Below are positions 55,296 through 62,952 of a DNA stretch of 64,000 nucleotides, piece by piece. Each line of letters starts with the position of its first letter. Position 1 is the first letter of the stretch. The DNA lies in the IMG/VR virus record IMGVR_UViG_3300021057_000274, positions 186,001-250,000 of that record; one strand, 5' to 3'. The position numbers were made by a program, and so were the translations under genes. The notes under the pieces were generated by a model, which saw nothing but the letters and a program-made list of their open reading frames with translations, did no database searches and was not told the DNA's origin.

Positions 55296-55827
55296 ACCGG
55301 GAAGGTAGTTGCTGGCACGTAGTAGAAGCATCAGCCAAAGCATCAGAGGAGAGGGTCACTTCGGTGACCCTTTCCTTTTGGTTCAGCTGTTGAGTGAACC
55401 TCTCGAAGGGCGAGAGAACGGATGATCTTAGCTCGGAGATTCCACTTACGCCGCGATTGAAGCCTGCTTTAGGATTCCAATCCGCGCTTAGAATTGTCAA
55501 CTCGCAAATCACGTCTGCGACCGTACGGTAGTGCTCGTTTGCCGCGACTTGATCACCGACTGTTCTGCTACTTTCGCATGATGCTGTTCCGTGCTTCCAA
55601 GCACACTCGAGCACGTAGCCAGTCTTCACCCACTTCGTGGTGATCGTGTAGGACGAGATAACTCTACCAGCTCCGTCAAGAAGCTGCACGGTGTTGCGAA
55701 GGAACCAATCTCGCTCGTGCACAGGTAATTGATGTTGCGAGTAGTTCGAGTGCATCTTGTTCGAGATGCTAGGACCCGTCCAACCGTGCGGCTTCGAAAA
55801 GTAAGTGGTGCCGGTGAAGTCGCTCAT
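55282..55827 (-). CDS. Hypothetical protein
   Basis: ATGA-coupled; the 3' end runs through the gp23 terminator. Confidence 0.55.
   Translation of the reverse strand: MSDFTGTTYFSKPHGWTGPSISNKMHSNYSQHQLPVHERDWFLRNTVQLLDGAGRVISSYTITTKWVKTGYVLECAWKHGTASCESSRTVGDQVAANEHYRTVADVICELTILSADWNPKAGFNRGVSGISELRSSVLSPFERFTQQLNQKERVTEVTLSSDALADASTTCQQLPSRFRGR
55346..55379 (+). terminator. Rho-independent terminator (UUCG loop) after gp23
   Basis: agggtcac-ttcg-gtgaccct followed by ttcctttt. Confidence 0.85.
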
Positions 55828-56087
55828 CGCCCCTGAAGGAATCTGTCTGTCATGTTACCGACCGCGGCCTTGTAGTACTCGAGATACTCACGAGCTTCCT
55901 GCACCGTCATGTCGTGAATCTTCTTGATGATGTCTACGTTGTGAAAGTTGTAGGTCTCGAAGTGTGATCCCTCAGGCAACCCGACGATGTGAATCTCGTA
56001 GGCTGGTCCGCTGGGAGTGCTCGTGTCATACGTTACCACCGCCCACGGTCCGACCTTGTCGTGATAGATGATCGGTGGCTCAGTCAT
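55824..56087 (-). CDS. Hypothetical protein
   Basis: ATGA-coupled ORF. Confidence 0.65.
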   Translation of the reverse strand: MTEPPIIYHDKVGPWAVVTYDTSTPSGPAYEIHIVGLPEGSHFETYNFHNVDIIKKIHDMTVQEAREYLEYYKAAVGNMTDRFLQGR

Positions 56088-56620
56088 GCTCTAGACCAGA
56101 GGTGCACATGAGGAAACTGCGGAACGGTCCCGCGCACTAGCCGCGTGGTGACGTTGAGGGGGCGCTCGAAGAGGATGATCTCGTTTACGTCTAGCTTGAG
56201 GTGCATGACGCATCTCGCGATGAACTTCATCACTGATGAGCGATCAACGAGGGGGCTCGCGCACCAAACTATTCGCTGCTTTGTGTCCGTTGGGAGATCA
56301 TAGGGGTACGCGTTGTCTGCTAGGAGAATCAGACTTCGCTGAAAATAGGCATCTACCTCGGCTGCGAGCTGTTCTTTGGTGAAGGTGTGATAGTAAGCGT
56401 ACATCGTGTCGCTCTTGAGCGGCACGAGCTGAAGATTTTTGATCGACCTGCGACGCGCTAAGAGGTCATCGAAGCTAGGGTAGTTCGGAACGAGAATGGG
56501 CTCAGGGCTCTCGGTCACTAGCTCTCCAGCGACGACCTTGAGAGGCGTCATCAATCGCTTGATCTGGTTGAGCAACCGTGGCTCGGGAACGTGCTCACGC
56601 ACGTCTCTCAGCCGAATCAT
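56084..56620 (-). CDS. DUF3605/HIT-like protein
   Basis: DNAYPYDLP..IVW and terminal TVPQFPHVHLW; start revised to ATG 56620 (GGAG SD, ATGA overlap). Confidence 0.5.
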   Translation of the reverse strand: MIRLRDVREHVPEPRLLNQIKRLMTPLKVVAGELVTESPEPILVPNYPSFDDLLARRRSIKNLQLVPLKSDTMYAYYHTFTKEQLAAEVDAYFQRSLILLADNAYPYDLPTDTKQRIVWCASPLVDRSSVMKFIARCVMHLKLDVNEIILFERPLNVTTRLVRGTVPQFPHVHLWSRA

Positions 56621-56820
56621 CTCCACAGGCCGCTCTCGACCCAGTGCTCTGGACAGAACCACTTCTGGTTCTTTCCGTAAGTTGACGGTTGTGGGCACTT
56701 CGAGCACGGAAACGGCACTGGGACCTCCTTCGGTCCGTCTGGCGTCATGATCGTTGCCCGGTAAGCTTCATTCTTCGGCATCTCCTCGGTCTGGAGAAGG
56801 CCTTCAATGTCAAGATCCAC
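56617..56820 (-). CDS. Small zinc-finger-like protein
   Basis: CSKC..WFCPEH; GTG 56820 lies 5 nt after the -10 element. Confidence 0.55.
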   Translation of the reverse strand: MDLDIEGLLQTEEMPKNEAYRATIMTPDGPKEVPVPFPCSKCPQPSTYGKNQKWFCPEHWVESGLWR

Positions 56821-56825
56821 TAGAG

Positions 56826-56854
56826 ACTTTAACATATTCGTAGCAATGAGTAAA
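56826..56854 (-). promoter_or_regulatory. Sigma70-like promoter TTTACT-17-TAAAGT (extended -10), leaderless
   Basis: Same TTTAC -35 as the promoters at 5213, 50596 and 59710. Confidence 0.55.
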
Positions 56855-56890
56855 CATGAAGCATTCTTGGCTCAAGCGTTGCTCTGGAGA

Positions 56891-56896
56891 TAAATA
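56891..56896 (+). promoter_or_regulatory. Late promoter (TAAATA)
   Basis: gATAAATAc upstream of the sheath gene. Confidence 0.7.
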
Positions 56897-56927
56897 CCTC
56901 CGACATCTTGAATCAGGAGACAATTCG

Positions 56928-58502
56928 ATGCCCACTCTAGTTTCCGCCGGTGTAAGCGTTACGATCGAAGATGAGAGCTTCTACATCCCAGCCTCAGCTT
57001 CGACGGTGCCGCTCTTCATTCTTGCGACTCGTGCTGACAAGTTGCAGCCTGACGGCGTGACCGCGGCAGCTGGAGCGCTCGAGAACAACGTCGTTCGCAC
57101 GATCACCTCGTTGAACCAGTCGGTGACAACGTACGGCGTCCCTCACTTCCGAACCACTGGCAGCGCTCAGCATCACGGCGACGCTCGCAACGAGTACGGC
57201 CTCTTCGCACTGAACCAGTATCTCTCGCTCGGCAACCTGGCTTACACGGTTCGTGCTAACGTTGACCTAGCTGACGCTCCTGTCATCACCTGGTCAGCTT
57301 CGGCTCCAGCAGCTGGCGGCGGCAACGTCGGTAACGGCACGGTCGGTAGCTTGACCGTTGACCAGAACACTGCTGTCGCTGAGACTTGGACCCTGACCGC
57401 TACTAACGCGACGACCTTTACGGTTGACGGTTCGGTATCGGCCCCGGTCCCGAACGCGACCGTCGGCACTCCGTACAGCAACGGCATCGTGTCATTCACG
57501 ATCACGGCAGGCGGCACCGCGTTCCAGGCGGGTGACACGTTCACCTTTACGGTGTCTTCTTCGACCCAGAACAACCCTCTCGGCGCGACCGACGCGCTCC
57601 GTCGCACCACGATCGTCAGCGCTCTCGCGTCGGTGATCAACAGCAACATGGATATTCGCTCTGACCTCTACGAGTACAACATCCTCTGCTGCCCTGGCTA
57701 CCATGAGGTCGTTGATGAGCTCCTCGCGCTGAACGACGCGATCGGCAAGGAAGCTTTCATCGTTGCGGATACGCCGTTCAACAAGACCCCAGAAGAGACC
57801 GCAACCTGGTCCCTGACGGTTGACCGTCGTCGCAGCGAGAACGTTTCCTACTACTACCCGCACTGCCTGGCCTCAAACCTGGACGGTGTGGAGGTCTTCG
57901 GAGCTGCCTCTGGTGTCGCCCTCAAGGCGATCACCTACAGCGACAACGTCTCTGAGGTCTGGATGCCGCCTGCTGGCTTCCGCCGTGGCAACGTGACGGG
58001 CGTGGCGAACATCGGTTACGTCACCGGCACTCTCGGTGCGGCGACTACCTTTGTGGCAGCTCCGCTCAACCAGGGTCAGCGTGACGCGCTCTACGACTTC
58101 AACAAGAACGTCAACCCGATCTCGTTCTTCCCTGGCCGCGGCATCACCGTGTTCGGTCAGAAGACGTCTTACAACGTCGCGTCGGCGCTCGACCGCATCA
58201 ACGTGGTTCGCCTGCTGAACAAGATGAAGCGGGACATCCGCAAGGCGTCTATGTCGTTCTTGTTCGAGCTGAACGACCGGATCACGCGCGAGACGATCAA
58301 GGCGATGATCGACGATTACCTCAGCGACATCCTGCAGCGCCGTGGCTTGTACGATTACGTTGTGCAGTGCGACGAGCAGAACAACACCGCTGTACGTATC
58401 GATCGCAACGAGCTGTGGGTCGACATCGCGGTCAAGCCGGCGAAGGCTGTGGAGTTCATCTACATCCCGATTCGCGTCGTGACCACTGGAGCAGATCTCT
58501 AA
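56928..58502 (+). CDS. gp18: Contractile tail sheath protein
   Basis: LVSAGVSVTIEDES, WMPPAGFRRG, RDALY..VNPI..FPGRG..FGQKT, SALDRINVVRL, VQCDEQNNT..IDRNEL.VDIAVKPAKAVEFIYIP. Confidence 0.95.
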   Translation: MPTLVSAGVSVTIEDESFYIPASASTVPLFILATRADKLQPDGVTAAAGALENNVVRTITSLNQSVTTYGVPHFRTTGSAQHHGDARNEYGLFALNQYLSLGNLAYTVRANVDLADAPVITWSASAPAAGGGNVGNGTVGSLTVDQNTAVAETWTLTATNATTFTVDGSVSAPVPNATVGTPYSNGIVSFTITAGGTAFQAGDTFTFTVSSSTQNNPLGATDALRRTTIVSALASVINSNMDIRSDLYEYNILCCPGYHEVVDELLALNDAIGKEAFIVADTPFNKTPEETATWSLTVDRRRSENVSYYYPHCLASNLDGVEVFGAASGVALKAITYSDNVSEVWMPPAGFRRGNVTGVANIGYVTGTLGAATTFVAAPLNQGQRDALYDFNKNVNPISFFPGRGITVFGQKTSYNVASALDRINVVRLLNKMKRDIRKASMSFLFELNDRITRETIKAMIDDYLSDILQRRGLYDYVVQCDEQNNTAVRIDRNELWVDIAVKPAKAVEFIYIPIRVVTTGADL

Positions 58503-58522
58503 GCTCTCACTTAGAGAAGTAA

Positions 58523-58552
58523 AGAAGCCGCCTTCGGGCGGCTTCTGTCTTT
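58523..58552 (+). terminator. Rho-independent terminator (UUCG loop) after gp18
   Basis: agaagccgcc-ttcg-ggcggcttct-gtcttt. Confidence 0.8.
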
Positions 58553-58559
58553 CTGGAGC

Positions 58560-58565
58560 TAAATA
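58560..58565 (+). promoter_or_regulatory. Late promoter (TAAATA), leaderless
   Basis: 4 nt before ATG 58570. Confidence 0.65.
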
Positions 58566-58569
58566 GAAG

Positions 58570-58878
58570 ATGCGACTTTCTGAGATCATCGCCGCTCGAG
58601 GCGAACCCCGCAAAGCTACGAAATTTCGGCTACAGTCGGCCGTTCCAGGCACGAAAAATTGGGAAGACTTGAGCAAGGAGCCAGTAACTCGTGAGGAGGC
58701 GACCGAGTTTCTAGAGCAAAACCCAGACGAACACTTGATGAAGTATAGGGCGCTCGGCGTCGACACCAATGAGACCCTCTACCGTGCAGATAAGCCCGAC
58801 CTGAAGAGCACGTTAGCACGCCACGCGCCTCCTGAGGTTCACAAGCGTAACGAGGACTTCTTCAAGAAATATCTATGA
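58570..58878 (+). CDS. Hypothetical late protein (MRLSEI N-terminus)
   Basis: ORF directly after a late promoter. Confidence 0.7.
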   Translation: MRLSEIIAARGEPRKATKFRLQSAVPGTKNWEDLSKEPVTREEATEFLEQNPDEHLMKYRALGVDTNETLYRADKPDLKSTLARHAPPEVHKRNEDFFKKYL

Positions 58879-59708
58879 AACTCACCGAGCTCGTCGAGGA
58901 CATCTATCTGTCACCAGACTCGAAGCGAGTCGTGGTGGCGACCTCGAACAGCAAGGTTCAGCGAGCCTCTGGGGATGACTTCATCAGCACCGCCAAGCCG
59001 AAGCTTCCTCACCGCTCATCATCGACCACCCGCACGGGAGGCGTCGTTGTCTACAGCGCTTACCTCTACCACCCGAGCAAGATCGTCACCGAGATTCTCT
59101 CGTCGATCAAGGGTAAGGGGCCGTACGAGGTGATCGACAACTCTGTCAATCACTTTATCGACGAGACAGCAGCTTGGATGGGGCCCATCCTGCAGAGCCG
59201 CATCAACCCGACGCTCGTCGTTTTCCCGCGATCTTCATCCGGGTTGACTAAGCGATTCGCCGCGAGCCTCACCAAGCACTTCAAGAACGCTGAGATGATC
59301 GAGGACGCGTTCGTCAAGAACGTGATCAACATCACCGGTGACGAGCAGAAGGATCGAGCGATGGTCGGGTCACTGATCGACATCGACCATCCAAAGTTCG
59401 AGACGTTGAGCAAGGAGACCGTTGACGAGCTCGAGAAGCGGTTGCTGTCTCTCCTCAAGCGCGAGGGATCTGGAATCGTTCCGATCAAGAAGATCTATAA
59501 GCCGCTCGCGCAGTTCATCAAGGGCTTCATCAAGGCCGAGAACATCAAGGAGAACTTGAAAGGGGCTCGCGTCTTGGTCGTGGATGACATTCAGTCCTCT
59601 GGGACCACGATGCGTGAGATGGTTCAGATCGCTGAGGCCCGCGGCGCAGAAACTATCAACGGAGCGACGATCTTTCGCCAAACTTCGAAGGCATCGGAGA
59701 AAAAGTAG
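58875..59708 (+). CDS. Type I phosphoribosyltransferase-fold protein (MKLTELVE N-terminus)
   Basis: VFPRSSS; RVLVVDDIQSSGTT PRPP-binding motif. Confidence 0.8.
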   Translation: MKLTELVEDIYLSPDSKRVVVATSNSKVQRASGDDFISTAKPKLPHRSSSTTRTGGVVVYSAYLYHPSKIVTEILSSIKGKGPYEVIDNSVNHFIDETAAWMGPILQSRINPTLVVFPRSSSGLTKRFAASLTKHFKNAEMIEDAFVKNVINITGDEQKDRAMVGSLIDIDHPKFETLSKETVDELEKRLLSLLKREGSGIVPIKKIYKPLAQFIKGFIKAENIKENLKGARVLVVDDIQSSGTTMREMVQIAEARGAETINGATIFRQTSKASEKK

Positions 59709-59709
59709 G

Positions 59710-59736
59710 TTTACGGAGTTGTGCTTGTGTTATAAT
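59710..59736 (+). promoter_or_regulatory. Sigma70-like promoter (TTTACG..TGnTATAAT)
   Basis: Consensus extended -10; short (15-nt) spacer. Confidence 0.65.
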
Positions 59737-59764
59737 CGCCTCATAGTGACGACGGAGGCGACCG

Positions 59765-60253
59765 TTGTATATCCCCAAGGAAGAGCACAGCTTCTCTGAC
59801 GAAGAACTTCAACTCGCAGCACAGCGGGTCGCGAACGTTTACTCCAGAGCACTGAACCGCAGATTTCGTTGTCACCTTCCGGTACCGGCGCGTCTCTCAT
59901 TCACCCTTCACCAGGACAAGAAGCATCACAAGTCTGCTGGAGTCGCTTATGGGCAGTCGATGTCGGTCAATCTTAACATGCCGATGCTTCGTGAGTACCC
60001 GCTAGAGATGCTCAACGAGACGATTCCGCATGAGCTCGTCCATCTGGTCGAGACCGAAAAGTTCGGCAACTTGACGCATCGATTGACAGGCTCACACGGT
60101 CCAGAGTTTTGCATGATCATGAGGGTGCTCGGAAAAGAGCCCGAGAGAAAGCATCGAATGGACCCAACGTCAGCGGTCCTTGCGTATCGGGAATACAGGA
60201 AGGTGCAAAAACAGCTCGAAAAGCTGGAGCAAGAAGCAGAGCAGGGTGGGTGA
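59765..60253 (+). CDS. SprT-like zinc metalloprotease
   Basis: SAGVA, ETIPHELVHL (HExxH), HGPEF..IM..LG. Confidence 0.85.
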   Translation: MYIPKEEHSFSDEELQLAAQRVANVYSRALNRRFRCHLPVPARLSFTLHQDKKHHKSAGVAYGQSMSVNLNMPMLREYPLEMLNETIPHELVHLVETEKFGNLTHRLTGSHGPEFCMIMRVLGKEPERKHRMDPTSAVLAYREYRKVQKQLEKLEQEAEQGG

Positions 60254-60620
60254 AGTCTTCGTCATGGTGAACGGCAAGACCGGCGTTCACCGCGGCGCGC
60301 TCTTGGAACAGCTGAAGGTCAGAGAAGTTCATCACTTGCTCTGCGGCCAGCTGATCGGGTGGACTACGGCGAAGGTTCTTCCCACCTTCAACCACTTCAG
60401 CTGGACTTGCTGCATGTGTCGGGAGAGGCTTCGCGACGGTTACGTTAGCTTTTGGCCGATCCCGAAGCACCTGCGAAAGTTCGACAACATCACCGACATG
60501 ATCAACTCTCGAGCAGATCTCGCGCTAGCTGAGATTCATCAGTTGGCTAATCGGGCTAAATTTGAGGTCGACAAGAACTTCTGGACCGAAGCAGAGAGAC
60601 GAGCTAGACGTACGGAGTAA
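60246..60620 (+). CDS. Hypothetical protein
   Basis: ORF in the operon; start uncertain. Confidence 0.55.
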   Translation: MGEVFVMVNGKTGVHRGALLEQLKVREVHHLLCGQLIGWTTAKVLPTFNHFSWTCCMCRERLRDGYVSFWPIPKHLRKFDNITDMINSRADLALAEIHQLANRAKFEVDKNFWTEAERRARRTE

Positions 60621-60672
60621 AGTTTTCTTCCCGAGAAAACTGAGTTACAATTCGGCATCCCTAAGAGGTTAC

Positions 60673-61827
60673 ATGAAGAGACATCTCTCGTTCCCAGACA
60701 TCGGTCAATTTCGCAACGCGGTCAAGAAGGTGCGTGACCGTGCGACGTATCACGCTGTGCCGACCCCCAAGCTCAAGTTCACCGGGACCGTCAAGCTTCA
60801 CGGTACGAACGCGGGAGTCGTGCAGCACGTGAAGAGCGGCGAGTTTTGGGCGCAGTCACGCGAGCACGTGATCACGATCACGCAAGACAACGCTAGCTTC
60901 GCGCGGTTCGTCGAGGACAACAGCACGATCTTTACCGACCTGCTGAACGTTGTCCGTGGCTTTGCTGCCGACATCTACGGAGCAACGAAACTCCATGATG
61001 AGAACGTCTACGTGTGCGTGTACGGCGAGTGGTGCGGCGCTGGGATCATGAAGAACAAGGCTGCGATCTCGCAGGTTAGCCCAAAGATGTTCGTGATCTT
61101 CGGCATCGGAATCTCGAACGTCCTGATTGCCGAGGACGGCAACGACGATCAGGATCGGGTATGGTTTACGCCTGCTCAGATCGCCGCGGTTTATCGCGCG
61201 CTCTTCGGCGCGATGAAGCCAGAGGTGCCGATCTACTCGATCTACAGCTTCCCGACCTGGGAGCTCGAGATCGACTTTGCTCGCCCCGAGGAGTTCCAGA
61301 ACAAGCTGGTGGCTCTGACCGACGAGGTTGAGAGGGAGTGTCCGGTTGCTAAGCACTTCGGCTCGATCGGCATCGGTGAGGGCATCGTCTGGCGCTGCTA
61401 TGACACGTGGCTGATTCCAGGACACCTTTCGCGAGAAGAGGGTGAAGTCAAAACCGTCGGGTTGTACAGCGTCCAAACCTCTGACATCGCGTTCAAGGTT
61501 AAGGGAGAGAAGCACTCCGAGTCCAAGACTAAGAACCTGGCTCCCGTCGACGTCGAAAAGGTCAACTCGATCAGGGGATTGGTAGACAAGGTCGTCACTC
61601 AGAACCGGCTCGAGAGCTCGGTTGAGAAGATGCGCGCTCAGAACATCGAGATCAGCGTCGAGAACACTAGCGTCTTCTTGAAGACGATCGGCAACGACGT
61701 TCTCAAGGAGGAGGGTGACACGATCGACACGAGCGGGTTGAACCGCAAGGACGTCATGCCCGAGGTAAATCGCACGGCGCGTCAGTGGTGGATGAGCTAC
61801 CTCAACGATCTGGCGTTCAAGCAGTGA
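60673..61827 (+). CDS. RNA ligase (Rnl2-like)
   Basis: TVKLHGTN (motif I), QSR, DNASFA, YGEWCG, GEGIVW, FKVKGEKH. Confidence 0.85.
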   Translation: MKRHLSFPDIGQFRNAVKKVRDRATYHAVPTPKLKFTGTVKLHGTNAGVVQHVKSGEFWAQSREHVITITQDNASFARFVEDNSTIFTDLLNVVRGFAADIYGATKLHDENVYVCVYGEWCGAGIMKNKAAISQVSPKMFVIFGIGISNVLIAEDGNDDQDRVWFTPAQIAAVYRALFGAMKPEVPIYSIYSFPTWELEIDFARPEEFQNKLVALTDEVERECPVAKHFGSIGIGEGIVWRCYDTWLIPGHLSREEGEVKTVGLYSVQTSDIAFKVKGEKHSESKTKNLAPVDVEKVNSIRGLVDKVVTQNRLESSVEKMRAQNIEISVENTSVFLKTIGNDVLKEEGDTIDTSGLNRKDVMPEVNRTARQWWMSYLNDLAFKQ

Positions 61828-62312
61828 TCAACATCTGCATCATAGCTGCCGTCGCTCGTAACGGAGTGATCGGGCGCGACGGCAAGCTACCCTGGTCGCT
61901 CCCTGAGGATCTCAAGCGCTTCAAGGAGCTGACGATGGGTTACCCTGTCATCATGGGGCGCTTGACGTGGGAGTCACTCGGAAAGTGGAGGCCGCTCCCC
62001 GGGAGGCAGAACATCGTGGTGACGCGTAACGCGAGCTACGAGGCTCCTGGAGCACAGATCGCTTCATCTCTAGATGAAGCGATCAAGCTCTGTAAGGCCG
62101 TTGAAGCTCCGATCGCTTGGGTGATCGGTGGACAGCAGCTCTTCAAGGAAGCTCTCGACGTCGCGTCACTGATGAAGATCACCGTGATTCACCAAGACTT
62201 TGAGGGTGACGCGTGGTTTCCGGAGTTCAAGCCTTGGATCTGGGAGGAGACGATGCGTGAGTCTTACGGCGGCCCGCTTCAGTTCGACTTCGTGACGTAC
62301 GAGCTGCGTTAG
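61824..62312 (+). CDS. folA: Dihydrofolate reductase
   Basis: IAAVARNGVIG..LPWSLPEDLKRFKELTMG.PVIMGR.TWES..RPLPGR.NIVVTR, VIGG, GDAWFP. Confidence 0.95.
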   Translation: MINICIIAAVARNGVIGRDGKLPWSLPEDLKRFKELTMGYPVIMGRLTWESLGKWRPLPGRQNIVVTRNASYEAPGAQIASSLDEAIKLCKAVEAPIAWVIGGQQLFKEALDVASLMKITVIHQDFEGDAWFPEFKPWIWEETMRESYGGPLQFDFVTYELR

Positions 62313-62635
62313 ATCCCGCGGTCAGCTTCTTTCTTGCAGTGGTCAGGCTCAAGGATCACGTTGAGAATCGAGCAAATCACCTTGCAGAAGAGACAATCGC
62401 TGCGCCCGCACTCCCACGAGATGGTCTTGTTACCGTTCCAACCGAAGAGAGCGGCGCCGGTGCGATCTAGGGTCTTGGCGATGTTGCTCGCGTAGGTGAA
62501 GAGAACATCGGCAGCTGGATTTCCGAGCAAGTAGAGCAACAATCCGAACGCGACGGCTAGCAACGCGATCGGGCCAGAGATCAACGCTAGCACCGAAAAG
62601 ATCAGCATCAACGCGATGACCGTCACGTACTTCAC
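62309..62635 (-). CDS. Small membrane protein
   Basis: N-terminal hydrophobic segments; LDRTGAALF..TIS..C..C..L..DHC. Confidence 0.7.
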   Translation of the reverse strand: MKYVTVIALMLIFSVLALISGPIALLAVAFGLLLYLLGNPAADVLFTYASNIAKTLDRTGAALFGWNGNKTISWECGRSDCLFCKVICSILNVILEPDHCKKEADRGI

Positions 62636-62952
62636 GTGTGCACCGGGCCCTTCATGCAGTGCATGAGCTCATGACCGAGCGTCTCGACGCGACGGTGGTC
62701 ATCGAAGCCCTTCGGCTCGAGGATGTAGATTCGGCAGACGTTTGAGGCTGGAGTTTGGAGCGCGCCGCCCTTGGAGCAACCGCGAAGCCCTTGCGCCTGG
62801 TGGAGAACGTCGGTCGGACAGTGCTTGCGCAGCTCCTCTTCTGTCTTCACCATCGTCGTGATGACGTACATGCCGCCGCTCTCGCCCTGGGGCGGAGCCT
62901 GATCACAGCTCATGAGGAGAGCCAGGGTCGGAAGGAGGAGAAGCTTTCTCAT
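62632..62952 (-). CDS. Putative lipoprotein with HExxH motif
   Basis: MRKLLLLPTLALLMSC lipobox-like signal; TLGHELMHC. Confidence 0.65.
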   Translation of the reverse strand: MRKLLLLPTLALLMSCDQAPPQGESGGMYVITTMVKTEEELRKHCPTDVLHQAQGLRGCSKGGALQTPASNVCRIYILEPKGFDDHRRVETLGHELMHCMKGPVHT

